A DNA stretch of 64,000 bases from a virus (IMGVR_UViG_3300027631_000002:96001-160000); one strand, 5' to 3'. Shown: positions 19,069-28,987, counted from the first letter of the stretch. The notes: a model not told the origin generated them from the letters alone. Translations and numbers: made by a program.

Positions 19069-20843
19069 AAAATCTAAAATATATAAAATTATTTGAGGCA
19101 TTTGATGCAAGAACACTTAATGTAACTTTAAAAAATATTAAAGGATCAGAAGATAAGAAAAACTTTTTATCAAATCTAAAAACAATATGTGATAAATTTG
19201 ATATACCCGAATCTAAACTTAGTGATGACTTATTTACTTATTTACCTTTTAACAAAGCGTTGAAGTTCAACAATGTTGTTTCTGATGACCAACCTTGTGA
19301 TGCAGTAGGTGAATTTGTTCATGGTGAAAGATGTGACAATGGTAAAGTAAGAAGACCTTGGGGTAGAGGATTTAGAGTTGTTGATTGTGGTACTTGTAAA
19401 GGTACTGGTATCAAACCTAAAAGATCAGATTTATCTTTACTTAAATTTTGGTTTAATTCAGAAGGAAAATACGTTGCTACGACTGCAGTAGATGGTATTT
19501 ACAGAGCATCAACTAACACTGCGGCAACAGCATTCTCACCAAATATTACTGATTATGATGTAGTTAAAAGAATTCCCAAAACACAGATAAAAAATCAATT
19601 AGAAACTGGTGATATAATATCAGTAGATCTTGTAGATAATCATTGGAATGGAACCGCTTATAATGTTGAAACACAAATTGTTGCTTATGTTTATAAAGAA
19701 GTAAGATATGGTAATGAGATTAAAGTATTTGCTATTCAAAATAGAAGAGGTAGATATCCTAGACCTTGGAATAGTGACTGGAGAAGTATTGGTAATGAGT
19801 CTTGGACTCTTACAACTTCTAAATGTAATAATATAAACCTATTAAAAGCTAAAGCTAATGCAGGTGGTCAGGATCCTTATGGATATAATACATTATTTGA
19901 TATGTCTAACTTCCGTGTTAGACCAGTTCAAGTTACTTCTACATTGAAAGATGCAAACTTTGCAATTATATTAGATTTTTCTAAATTAGATAAGTTGGGG
20001 GTTGTAAAGAAAACAGAAGTAAAATCTGGTAGAACAGAATCAAGAGAAGGTGCGACTGCATTTATATCTAACGATGATATAAAGAAAGCAAATATTAAAA
20101 GATACTTTGATAAAATTGCGACTAGTTTTAAACTAACTGGAGAATTACAAGATGTTAGTAAGTTTACTAGTATGGCTACTAGAGTTCTTGGTGGTAGATC
20201 TTGTGTGTACTTCTTAAATAATTCTGCAAGTACTAATGAAATGGATACTCTATCAACTATAGCAGGATATATCTTTAAGATGATTAAAAAAATAAAAACT
20301 GCAGAAAAGGCAGATAATCAATCTACAGAAGATGGATTCGTAGGAACTGCAGTTGAAGATTTAAAACAGGATAGAGATTTTATAGATATTATTACTATTA
20401 TTAACGATAAATATAAAAGTTTATTAGATAATTCAATTAAAAAAGTAGATAGTACAACTAGATTCCTTAAACAACTTAAAGATAAAATTAAAGCAGATGC
20501 TAGTGAAGATTGGATGGATAAAGATCTTAGAATACTATCCAATATAGATAACTTATCTGCAGAAATAAACAAATATATTTCATCAATCAAAGTAGATACT
20601 TTAGAAGATGTTGAATTTTTAATACAAGAAATTTACTCTATAAAAAGTTTATTAAGATCTGATAGAATGTCTATGACAAACTTAAATGGTTTATTTGATA
20701 GAATGCGTCCAGGTAGTTATTATAACGAAGTTCGTTATTTATATCCAGCACTTACAGATAGAAGAACTTATTATGGTAATATAAACAACGGTATTCAATC
20801 TATAATTACAATTATAAGAAAAAAACTAGCAATGTTAGACTAA
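19065..20843 (+). CDS. Hypothetical protein with capsid-targeting-like leader and CxxCxGxG zinc finger
   Basis: MKNLKYIKLFEAF; CGTCKGTG. Confidence 0.6.
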   Translation: MKNLKYIKLFEAFDARTLNVTLKNIKGSEDKKNFLSNLKTICDKFDIPESKLSDDLFTYLPFNKALKFNNVVSDDQPCDAVGEFVHGERCDNGKVRRPWGRGFRVVDCGTCKGTGIKPKRSDLSLLKFWFNSEGKYVATTAVDGIYRASTNTAATAFSPNITDYDVVKRIPKTQIKNQLETGDIISVDLVDNHWNGTAYNVETQIVAYVYKEVRYGNEIKVFAIQNRRGRYPRPWNSDWRSIGNESWTLTTSKCNNINLLKAKANAGGQDPYGYNTLFDMSNFRVRPVQVTSTLKDANFAIILDFSKLDKLGVVKKTEVKSGRTESREGATAFISNDDIKKANIKRYFDKIATSFKLTGELQDVSKFTSMATRVLGGRSCVYFLNNSASTNEMDTLSTIAGYIFKMIKKIKTAEKADNQSTEDGFVGTAVEDLKQDRDFIDIITIINDKYKSLLDNSIKKVDSTTRFLKQLKDKIKADASEDWMDKDLRILSNIDNLSAEINKYISSIKVDTLEDVEFLIQEIYSIKSLLRSDRMSMTNLNGLFDRMRPGSYYNEVRYLYPALTDRRTYYGNINNGIQSIITIIRKKLAMLD

Positions 20844-21461
20844 ATGAAACACTTGAAAATATTTGATAATTTTCAAGATAAACAAACATTGATAATTGTC
20901 GATGTTCAAAAGTCTTTTAGAAAGTTTTTTACTGAAATGTATTTACACGAATTAAAAAACTATTGTAAGAAGTTTGAATCTGTTTACCAAATTTGGGATA
21001 ACCACGTCGATGGTAAGAATGTAGATAAAGATTATCTATATGATGAGGATCCAGACATCCCAGTTCATAAAGATTTATATCGTTTTCCTAATCAAAAAGA
21101 TCTAATAGAGAAAAGATATAACTATGATGTAGATGTAGATTTCTATAAAAATATTTTATCTAAAGACGTTTATAAAGATCTAAAAGAAAAGGAATCTAAT
21201 AAGGAATTAAAAAGAGGTGATACTTTCAATACTAAAGAAGGTACATTTATAATTTATATTGGAAATCATCATAAATGGTATCACCTACCGAAAAAACTAC
21301 AGGAACTATTCACTGAATTAAAAGGACAAGAAGTTGTTATGGTTGGTGGTTCTGATTCAGAATGTTATTTAGACGTTGAAACTGCCGCTAAATCATTTGG
21401 AGTTAAAGTAAAAAGAGATTTTAAATATATCTACAGTGCCAATCATTGTCCTATAAAGTAA
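20844..21461 (+). CDS. Isochorismatase/cysteine-hydrolase family protein
   Basis: LIIVDVQKSF and VGGSDSECY motifs; leader MKHLKIFDNF. Confidence 0.65.
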   Translation: MKHLKIFDNFQDKQTLIIVDVQKSFRKFFTEMYLHELKNYCKKFESVYQIWDNHVDGKNVDKDYLYDEDPDIPVHKDLYRFPNQKDLIEKRYNYDVDVDFYKNILSKDVYKDLKEKESNKELKRGDTFNTKEGTFIIYIGNHHKWYHLPKKLQELFTELKGQEVVMVGGSDSECYLDVETAAKSFGVKVKRDFKYIYSANHCPIK

Positions 21462-21464
21462 TAC

Positions 21465-21842
21465 TTAGTTTACTGTTGCATAAACTTGATAATCAGAAAC
21501 CGTAAAACTTATAACCATATATTCTTGGTATCTTTCAGGATCTTCAAAAAACTCTACATATAATTCGTAAGGAACAGAATCTACCTCTGGTATATAATCC
21601 GCAATCTGTGCCATTAGTTCTCCTTCAATTGATTCTGATGATAATCTAGTTTCATGTAATAGTTCTGTTAGATTTGCACCAAAGTTAGGTTCACCTAAAA
21701 CTTCACCTTTATTAGTAAAAATAATCATCTCATACTTTTGTATGATAACTCTGATTACGTCATCTTCGATAAGTTCTGCCAATTTAAACATTGGATGTCC
21801 TGGGTAACAGATATAAAAATCTATAAAGTTAAAGTTCGCCAT
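21465..21842 (-). CDS. Baseplate wedge subunit, gp25-like
   Basis: TNKGEVLGEPNFGANLTELLHE motif, 125 aa, late promoter. Confidence 0.75.
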   Translation of the reverse strand: MANFNFIDFYICYPGHPMFKLAELIEDDVIRVIIQKYEMIIFTNKGEVLGEPNFGANLTELLHETRLSSESIEGELMAQIADYIPEVDSVPYELYVEFFEDPERYQEYMVISFTVSDYQVYATVN

Positions 21843-21873
21843 AAATTATATATTAAAAATTTATATATACTTA

Positions 21874-22245
21874 ATGAGATATTTAAAGAAATTTAATGAA
21901 GGTCAGTCACCATCTGATATAATAGATAGTATAGAGGGCATTTTAGTCGATTTAATGGATAATAATATGGTAGAAATAACTGATAAGTCTTGGGCTTTAG
22001 AGGTTTCTATTAAATTACCGGTCGATATTGTAGATACTGATAATAGGAGAGACTTTATATATAATGAGATTGATTTTGAATCAATTAAAGATAAAGTTTT
22101 AATGCTATTGGATTATATGAAGAATAAAGGATATAAATATAGAATGTCTTGTAAGATTAAGGGAAGTAGTACTTTCTTTTCTGTTAAAAGAGATACTATT
22201 ATTGATTTACCAGTAACAGAAGTAAAAATCATTTTTGATAAATAA
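21874..22245 (+). CDS. Hypothetical protein with capsid-targeting-like leader
   Basis: MRYLKKFNEG. Confidence 0.6.
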   Translation: MRYLKKFNEGQSPSDIIDSIEGILVDLMDNNMVEITDKSWALEVSIKLPVDIVDTDNRRDFIYNEIDFESIKDKVLMLLDYMKNKGYKYRMSCKIKGSSTFFSVKRDTIIDLPVTEVKIIFDK

Positions 22246-22275
22246 TATATAAAATAATAAAAATAAAAATTTAAA

Positions 22276-22635
22276 ATGAAATATTTAAAAAGATTTAATG
22301 AAAGTATTTTAGATGATGTTAGATCTGAAGTAGATAAAACTCGTTCTAGTATTAGTTCTAAGTTTGGACGTTTTTCTAATGTAGAAGATGAATTCAATGA
22401 TGATAGTTTTGAAGTAACTGGTAAATTAGAAATACAAGGTGGTTCATCAAAAACACCAGTTATTAAAATTAGAAGTATGAATAAAACTATAGATGGTACT
22501 TCGGTATTATCTGGTGATATAATGGCTTGGGATTTAACTAAATTTGACGGACAAGAAGTTACTATAAAAGGAACTACTAAAAATGGTGAAAAGCCTTCTT
22601 TTATGAATCCAATTATGGTAAATGAAATACAATAA
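22276..22635 (+). CDS. Hypothetical protein with capsid-targeting-like leader
   Basis: MKYLKRFNES. Confidence 0.6.
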   Translation: MKYLKRFNESILDDVRSEVDKTRSSISSKFGRFSNVEDEFNDDSFEVTGKLEIQGGSSKTPVIKIRSMNKTIDGTSVLSGDIMAWDLTKFDGQEVTIKGTTKNGEKPSFMNPIMVNEIQ

Positions 22636-22664
22636 AAAAAACCCAGTTTTAAACTGGGTTTTTT
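22634..22664. terminator. Bidirectional intrinsic terminator
   Basis: aaaaaaaacccagttt-t-aaactgggtttttt. Confidence 0.8.
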
Positions 22665-23620
22665 AATATATCTCTAAATTTTCCTATAATTGTTATACCA
22701 AGTATTAAAGGATCTGTTGCTCCTTCTAATTTAGATGAATAATCCGCAATTATATAAGCAGTTTCAAATAATTTATTTACACTTTCTCTTTTATCTGTTA
22801 TACACCAATCAATAAAAGGTTTTCCTAATAGTTTAATCATTACATCAATTTTCTCCGCTCCAAAGTTTGACACTAAAAAGTGATAAGTTTTTTCAAAGTC
22901 TAAATCTTCATATAAAGTATTATAAAGTTCTAACTTCACTTTTGCAGAAACATTACCTGTTCCATCACTTATTGCTCCAGTATCTAAATAACTCTGTACT
23001 TCAACTAATACAGAACGAAAGTCTGGAAACTTTTTAGTAATAATATTTACTAAATCTTCTTTTGGTATCTCGGATTCCTCTTTAGGAAGAATTTCATTGA
23101 TAATCTTTTTATAAATCTCTTGTTTAAGGAACTTTTCTTCTTCTACTCCTTGACAGTCAAATCCAATTTGTTTAATTCTTGATTTTAATCCATCTGATAT
23201 TTTATTGATGTGGTTCGTTGTAATGATAAAACGAACATTTTTGTTGTATCTTTCTATAAAAGCTTTAAATGCGTCTTGGAAGTTTGTAGAAACTCTCTCA
23301 AACTCATCTAAGAATACATATTTAATATCTGAATTAGTATCCATCATTGGAGTAAACTTACAGAAGTTATCGATTTCAGTTCTAAGAACATCAATTGATG
23401 TATCCATTGAACAGTTCAATTCTAAGTAAGGAGTTTCTTTTGAGTATCTACCGATTAGTATTCTAGCTAAACTTGTTTTACCGGTTCCGTAGTGACCGTG
23501 GAATATATAGTGTTGGTTTACACCATTTTCTAATTCTTTTCTAATTCTTGGAAGTAATATAATGTCGTCGATAGTTTTTGGACGCCATTTTTCCCATAAT
23601 AATAATTTATTTACTGACAT
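22649..23620 (-). CDS. Clamp loader AAA+ subunit (T4 gp44/RFC-like)
   Basis: LWEKWRPKTIDDIIL, Walker A GHYGTGKTS, Walker B FLDEFE, FIITTN, LKSR. Confidence 0.9.
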   Translation of the reverse strand: MSVNKLLLWEKWRPKTIDDIILLPRIRKELENGVNQHYIFHGHYGTGKTSLARILIGRYSKETPYLELNCSMDTSIDVLRTEIDNFCKFTPMMDTNSDIKYVFLDEFERVSTNFQDAFKAFIERYNKNVRFIITTNHINKISDGLKSRIKQIGFDCQGVEEEKFLKQEIYKKIINEILPKEESEIPKEDLVNIITKKFPDFRSVLVEVQSYLDTGAISDGTGNVSAKVKLELYNTLYEDLDFEKTYHFLVSNFGAEKIDVMIKLLGKPFIDWCITDKRESVNKLFETAYIIADYSSKLEGATDPLILGITIIGKFRDILKNPV

Positions 23621-23667
23621 ATTTTATCTCATTTTCTCATGAGTATATCAAAAATTATCAAGAAAGT

Positions 23668-24228
23668 TTATACTTTTGGACGCCCAATTAGATATTCTTC
23701 TTCTGTTATAGTATGGTCTGGAAGAGTTCTTGTATAAACACCTTGTCTTATCCAGTTTATCTCTGAATGAGGAAAAATTTTACTAACAGTTTGTTTATCA
23801 CAGTATTTACAACCTGCACCTATAAGTATCTCAGCAGGTCTTCCTGAAACTTCAATCCAAAATCCTTCTTTATGCAATAGGACAATCAATTGTTTCATTA
23901 GTTCTTTCCTAGCTTCTTTTGTTCCATCATGACCCCAACCAGAAATCTTGTGTCCATTAGACTCTCTAGAAAATATAACAACATCGGCTTGTGGATCTTT
24001 ATCTATATCAACTGCTGTCCAGAAAGTTAAGTCTGGATCATTTACAACTGCATCAGGACTTGATATTCTAACATGTCCACCAAGTGGTTTATATGCCAAA
24101 TCAACAATCTCCCATATTTCTTTTTTAAGCTTTTTTCTATCTTCCATAGAAAGTTCAACCCATTTATTCTTATCATATAAATCGGAAAAAGTAAAGTCTT
24201 CAAATAATTTAATGTAATTCATTGTCAC
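23668..24228 (-). CDS. Hypothetical protein (possibly GNAT-like) with capsid-targeting-like leader
   Basis: MNYIKLFEDF; AYKPLGG, GWGHDG and GFWIEVSG motifs. Confidence 0.55.
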   Translation of the reverse strand: MTMNYIKLFEDFTFSDLYDKNKWVELSMEDRKKLKKEIWEIVDLAYKPLGGHVRISSPDAVVNDPDLTFWTAVDIDKDPQADVVIFSRESNGHKISGWGHDGTKEARKELMKQLIVLLHKEGFWIEVSGRPAEILIGAGCKYCDKQTVSKIFPHSEINWIRQGVYTRTLPDHTITEEEYLIGRPKV

Positions 24229-25006
24229 TCCATTTTTTTAATAAGTCTAATGCTATTCTTCTTCTACGTCCAATTGGTATAGTAATATCAGTTCTATCTA
24301 TTTCTTTTCCATGTTTTTTAAAAAAATCACTTCTACCATTACTATCAATACCTAATTCAATAAAATCATCATCAGTTAGTATAGGTTCACTTTTATATGG
24401 TTTTGGTTCTTTAGGTTCTATAGATTTTATATGTTTTTTATGATGACAAGGTGACTCTGTCCATACTTGTAATGTTTCTCCTTCTTCCTTAGACATTTTA
24501 AGTAGTTCATCATATGTTAATGTTCCAACTACACCACCATCAATTAACATTTGTTGATATTCTGTGATTGCTTTCATAAATCCATCTTTATCTTCGTAAT
24601 AATCTGGAAATTCTTCAACTTTTTTACCTAAGAAATCTTTCACGGTTCTTTCTGGGGAGAACCAAGTACTTCCTAATCCACCGTTTCTTAATTCTTTATT
24701 AAAACCAAAGATAGCACCTTCTTTAGGGATAATATCAAATGCAGTTCCATACCAACCAATCGAACTATCTGGATTTGGTCTAAAATACATATGTACTGAT
24801 TTTAAAGGATGTGGAATTCCCAAGTTAGCATAATTATTTATAAATTCAATGTAATCTTCATCAATTGAATTTCCAGAACTTACTGTACGTAATTTAGGAT
24901 CATCAATATATTCATCTTTATCAATTTTAACTCCTCTTACTAATGTTCCATTAAATACATTGGGAAATTCATTATTAAAATCTTCAAATATTTTTAAGTA
25001 CTTCAT
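24209..25006 (-). CDS. Hypothetical protein with capsid-targeting-like leader; weak ADP-ribosyltransferase-like motifs
   Basis: MKYLKIFEDF; LVRG, WYGTAFDIIP, QVWTES. Confidence 0.55.
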   Translation of the reverse strand: MKYLKIFEDFNNEFPNVFNGTLVRGVKIDKDEYIDDPKLRTVSSGNSIDEDYIEFINNYANLGIPHPLKSVHMYFRPNPDSSIGWYGTAFDIIPKEGAIFGFNKELRNGGLGSTWFSPERTVKDFLGKKVEEFPDYYEDKDGFMKAITEYQQMLIDGGVVGTLTYDELLKMSKEEGETLQVWTESPCHHKKHIKSIEPKEPKPYKSEPILTDDDFIELGIDSNGRSDFFKKHGKEIDRTDITIPIGRRRRIALDLLKKWSDNELH

Positions 25007-25055
25007 ATATCTATATATTAAGTTTAGAGACTTATATTTTTTTAATATATACTTT

Positions 25056-25961
25056 ATGTCAAAAAATATAACAACAGAAGATTTTATAAAAATGTCAATT
25101 GAATTATTTACGGATAAGTATAATTATTCAAAGACTAATTATGTTAAAATGAAAGATAAGGTTATTATAATATGTAATGTACATAAAATTGAATTTTTAC
25201 AAACACCTGATAAACATTTATCTTCCAAAACAGGAGGTTGTCCTAAATGTAATACAATAGGGAAGGGTAGATTAACTAATAAACTTTTCATAGAAAAATC
25301 AAATTTAATACATTTAAACAAATATGACTATTCTATAACAGAATATATTAAATCAAATGAAAAAGTTAAAATATCTTGTAAAAAACATGGACCTTTTGAG
25401 ATTAATGCAAACTCACACCTAAATGGTAGAGGTTGTTCTAAGTGTGGTGGTAATTATAAATATAAAATTATTGAGTTATTGGATACATTTAATAATATGT
25501 ATAGAGGATATACATATGATTTTAGCAATTATAAAAATATTAAAAGTAGAATATTAGTTAAATGTCCTAAACATTCTCAATTTGAAACAAGTACTGAATT
25601 ATTACTAAATGGATATGGTTGTAGTTCTTGTGGTAAGAAAAGTACTGGTGAAGAAAAAGTATCAGAGGTATTGAATAAGAACAATATAATATATATAAAA
25701 CAAAAGTCTTTTGATGGATGTGTTTTCAAAAATAAAATGCAATTTGATTTTTTTATTCCAGAATTTAATACTTGTATAGAGTATGATGGTATACAACATT
25801 TTGAACCAATTAAATATTTTGGTGGTATTTATTCATTAGAGAAACAAAAAATTAAGGATAGTATTAAAGATAATTTTTGTAAAAAAAATAATATTAAATT
25901 GATAAGAATTCCATATTATGAATTTGATAACATAGAAAAAATATTAAATTATTCATTATGA
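25056..25961 (+). CDS. Free-standing endonuclease with repeated zinc-finger modules and C-terminal PD-(D/E)XK/DUF559-like domain
   Basis: Three CxxH...GCxxC modules; FDFFIP...IEYDGIQH; KLIRIPY; likely ATG at 25056. Confidence 0.8.
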   Translation: MSKNITTEDFIKMSIELFTDKYNYSKTNYVKMKDKVIIICNVHKIEFLQTPDKHLSSKTGGCPKCNTIGKGRLTNKLFIEKSNLIHLNKYDYSITEYIKSNEKVKISCKKHGPFEINANSHLNGRGCSKCGGNYKYKIIELLDTFNNMYRGYTYDFSNYKNIKSRILVKCPKHSQFETSTELLLNGYGCSSCGKKSTGEEKVSEVLNKNNIIYIKQKSFDGCVFKNKMQFDFFIPEFNTCIEYDGIQHFEPIKYFGGIYSLEKQKIKDSIKDNFCKKNNIKLIRIPYYEFDNIEKILNYSL

Positions 25962-26851
25962 TAGGAGATAGGTATAATATGGATGATGTCTTCTTTCGTG
26001 ATCTAACCATCTGCGTTTTAGATACACTAGAAGGACAAGTAAAGTGGATAAATAGATTTACCTCAGGTGATAAATTTGTAGAAGTTCCTTTCTACTATTC
26101 AATGACTGGTGATGAAAGATTTTTGTTAGATACATTTACTGATGATATAGTTTCTGGTGATTCTACTGGAAATGGTAGGTATCTTGAATTAAATACTGAC
26201 ATTATACCAAGAGGACATTTAACACTTAAATCATTTGCAATTCGTTCAGATGAATTTGCAAATCCAAATGTTTGGTTAAGAACAGTTGTTGAGAATGAAG
26301 TTGAAATAAAAAAGGTTTTAGGAAGAATTAGAGCAGTTCCGGTAACTGTTAGTTATGATTTGGTAATCACTTTATCAAGTGAGATAGATACTTTTAAATG
26401 TAGTCAGGCTATTATGGATACATTATGGATATATAAATTCATGTATTTTGAACATAATTTTATGAATATTGATGCAGTTATTTTAATGCCTGATTCAAAT
26501 TCTATTGAAATGACAAGAGATAAGAATTTAACATCTGATAATTCAATAAAAATGACAGTATCATTTGAAGTACAAACATACTACCCTGCTTTTAGAAGAG
26601 ATAGAGCAGATTTCCCTGGTTATACAAAAGAAAATGGTGGAATGTCAGATCTAAATGGATATGAAATAGAGGGTGGATATTCTGACTTTTTTAATAATGT
26701 TCGTGGTGGGACTACTGCAGGAGAGCCAAATAAGGGATTTTTTGTTGCACCTAAAAGAACACGTTGGTTTAATAATATTCTACGAGCTAGAGAACAAAGT
26801 TCTAGAAGATATGATAATCCTAATGGAGATTTGGGAAATAAAAACAAATAA
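25958..26851 (+). CDS. Tail completion/terminator protein, gp15-like
   Basis: DVFFRDLTI..., VPFYY, IPRGHL, VPVTVSYDL pattern; lies in the structural cluster. Confidence 0.55.
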   Translation: MIGDRYNMDDVFFRDLTICVLDTLEGQVKWINRFTSGDKFVEVPFYYSMTGDERFLLDTFTDDIVSGDSTGNGRYLELNTDIIPRGHLTLKSFAIRSDEFANPNVWLRTVVENEVEIKKVLGRIRAVPVTVSYDLVITLSSEIDTFKCSQAIMDTLWIYKFMYFEHNFMNIDAVILMPDSNSIEMTRDKNLTSDNSIKMTVSFEVQTYYPAFRRDRADFPGYTKENGGMSDLNGYEIEGGYSDFFNNVRGGTTAGEPNKGFFVAPKRTRWFNNILRAREQSSRRYDNPNGDLGNKNK

Positions 26852-26923
26852 AACAAAAAAAGGAAAAAAATGACTTTTTTACCTTAATATATAGTAATAT
26901 AAAAAAAATAATAAATTAGAAAT

Positions 26924-28207
26924 ATGAAGAATCTTAAACTTGAATTGTTTAACTTCAAAAAGGATCTTTCTCTTGATCAAGAAGAAATATCTACAATTGT
27001 AGAAGGACATATGAATGCTTGTAATCAACATTCAGAGAAAACTATAATTACTTCTCTTAATGAAAGATTAAAACCTTATACCTATGATAAAGGTGTTAAG
27101 GTATTATTAGAAGGTCTTAATGATGATATGGCTGCATTTGAATTACTATACGAATTGAAAAATTTATATGGTGTTCTTAATACAAGAAATCAAGGAGAAC
27201 TTTACAGACAACCTATAAACGTTTTATTACAAACAATTAATCTTGAATCAGATCAAGATAGAATGTCAAAAATTCTTAATGAATTAGCTATTTATGACTG
27301 GGTTCCAGAAATTAAAGTATTTGTTCATAACTTAACAAAATCTCCAGAAAAAAGATCTAATCTTTTAAGTGGTGGTAGTGGTGAATCAATCTTTACTGTT
27401 GTAGAACAAGTTGAAGAAGGACATGTTGCTTTGGTTAGAGATTCTTGGTTTTTATTGACTGAAAATTCAATTGAAAAAACATTATTAGAAAATCATATTA
27501 AAGATGAGACAGCATTAAGAAGTTTAAGAACTTTGGAAACTGCAATGAAATACTCAACTGTTACTGAAAGTAGAATTAATTTTAGAATTTCAGAATATCT
27601 AACAATTGGTTTATCAGTTGGTAAAAAAAGTGGATTATTCATCAATGATGACGAATTAAATGAAGAAACTACATTAGAAAGTTTGTTTAACTCTCCAATT
27701 ATTCCTATCGTTAACAAAAACTTTTATCCAGTTTTATTAGAAACTTCTAAAAACTTAGATAAATTTGTTGAATTAGATGTTGTAAAAAGAGTTAATAACT
27801 TAGTAAATCCTTATTTAGAAGTATTTGCTTTCAATTACAAAAATAATACATTTGTTTACAGATGTGATGAAAGATATGGTAATTCATTCTTTAAATATGA
27901 ATCTGCTTTAGAATTAGTAAATGAGGTAAGAAATGAACTAAACTATGACTTAACTTACTTCTACGAAAACAAACTAAGTAAAGAATTAATTGTTAAAAGA
28001 AAACTTGAAGATAAAGAAAGAGAAATCACTCTTAAATTAGAAGATGTTGAATTTAACATTGATAAAGTTAAAGGTTCTTTAAAAATGATTGGTGAATCAG
28101 AAGTTTTAACAACTGCTTTATCTAACTTAGAAAAAAGACAAGCTAATCTTTCTACTGAATTAAGTGCAGTTAAAGAATTACAATATAAAGAAAGAATAAA
28201 AGGATAA
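26924..28207 (+). CDS. Late hypothetical protein, acidic with C-terminal coiled coil
   Basis: TAATATATA at 26885; many (L/I)xE sites. Confidence 0.6.
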   Translation: MKNLKLELFNFKKDLSLDQEEISTIVEGHMNACNQHSEKTIITSLNERLKPYTYDKGVKVLLEGLNDDMAAFELLYELKNLYGVLNTRNQGELYRQPINVLLQTINLESDQDRMSKILNELAIYDWVPEIKVFVHNLTKSPEKRSNLLSGGSGESIFTVVEQVEEGHVALVRDSWFLLTENSIEKTLLENHIKDETALRSLRTLETAMKYSTVTESRINFRISEYLTIGLSVGKKSGLFINDDELNEETTLESLFNSPIIPIVNKNFYPVLLETSKNLDKFVELDVVKRVNNLVNPYLEVFAFNYKNNTFVYRCDERYGNSFFKYESALELVNEVRNELNYDLTYFYENKLSKELIVKRKLEDKEREITLKLEDVEFNIDKVKGSLKMIGESEVLTTALSNLEKRQANLSTELSAVKELQYKERIKG

Positions 28208-28280
28208 GATAACTAAACAAGTTATTATTCATAGCATTGCTGATTTCTAATACCTTCGGGTCATGACAATCATATAAATA

Positions 28281-28318
28281 AAAAAAATACTCAAACGAAA
28301 GTTTGAGTATTTTTTTTA
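28281..28318. terminator. Bidirectional intrinsic terminator
   Basis: aaaaaaaatactcaaac-gaaa-gtttgagtattttttt. Confidence 0.85.
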
Positions 28319-28330
28319 ATATATACATAT

Positions 28331-28381
28331 ATGTATTCACTTTATGTTTTAAAAGACCCAGATAGTCTTATTATTAAATAA
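28331..28381 (+). pseudogene. Remnant of a GIY-YIG endonuclease N-terminus
   Basis: MYSLYVLKDPDSLIIK* resembles the YxLxDP..xI(K/R)YVG start of GIY-YIG homing endonucleases but stops after 16 codons. Confidence 0.4.
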
Positions 28382-28489
28382 TCAAGAAAAGGTTATTTTT
28401 TATTAAACTTTTATAATCATAATTATATAACATGAAACCATTAAAAGGTAATTAAAGAGTTTACTCTTATAAAAAATGATTTAACGGTT

Positions 28490-28855
28490 ATTTACTTAAA
28501 CAATAAAGAGCTCTATATAGAGATCATAGTGTCAAAAGCACAAGGACGACTAACAAGAAATGCGGAGAAAATGCTAGAGTTACTAGCAAAAAAGACAATA
28601 AGAAAAATGAGATACTGGTCAAATGATGACAAGTTAGATTGCTACCAAAGTGGTTTACTAGATATGTTTCAAAACTGGTTCAATTTTAATGAAGACAAAT
28701 CAATCAATGCATTTGCTTATTTTACAGAAATCTTTAAAAGAGGATTGGCTAAAGGATGGAATGACCTTTATAAAAAGAAAGGAGATAATGAACATTTAAT
28801 TAAACTTATCTCAATAAATGGTGCCAACGATGGAAATGGATTACACTCAATTTAA
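28490..28855 (+). CDS. Late sigma factor, T4 gp55-like; probable non-AUG start
   Basis: YLNNKELY...DDKLDCYQSGLLDMFQNWFNFNEDKSINAFAYFTEIFKRG. The frame is open from 28445 with no upstream ATG; ATT at 28490 precedes YLNNKEL. Confidence 0.65.
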   Translation: MYLNNKELYIEIIVSKAQGRLTRNAEKMLELLAKKTIRKMRYWSNDDKLDCYQSGLLDMFQNWFNFNEDKSINAFAYFTEIFKRGLAKGWNDLYKKKGDNEHLIKLISINGANDGNGLHSI

Positions 28856-28961
28856 TATACAAACATTTGATTTAGTCTCAGATCCGGGTTTTTCTACTGC
28901 AAATTTTTTTAATAAAAATTATATAAGAATGAAAAGAATAAGAAACTTATTTAATTTTTAG
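28818..28961 (+). CDS. Mini-protein carrying a copy of the prohead-protease DxVxDP motif (not in ORF track)
   Basis: MVPTMEMDYTQFNIQTFDLVSDPGFSTANFFNKNYIRMKRIRNLFNF vs gp21 TYDIVADPGFASA; ATG options at 28818, 28830 and 28836 overlap the sigma 3' end. Confidence 0.55.
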   Translation: MVPTMEMDYTQFNIQTFDLVSDPGFSTANFFNKNYIRMKRIRNLFNF

Positions 28962-28987
28962 TATAGAATACTTTTAAACCAATTTTT

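Noticed and set aside
28228-28275. SAM-II riboswitch (gctgattt seed)
   Set aside because: The remaining consensus and pseudoknot are missing, and the element lies in a 3' UTR upstream of a terminator.
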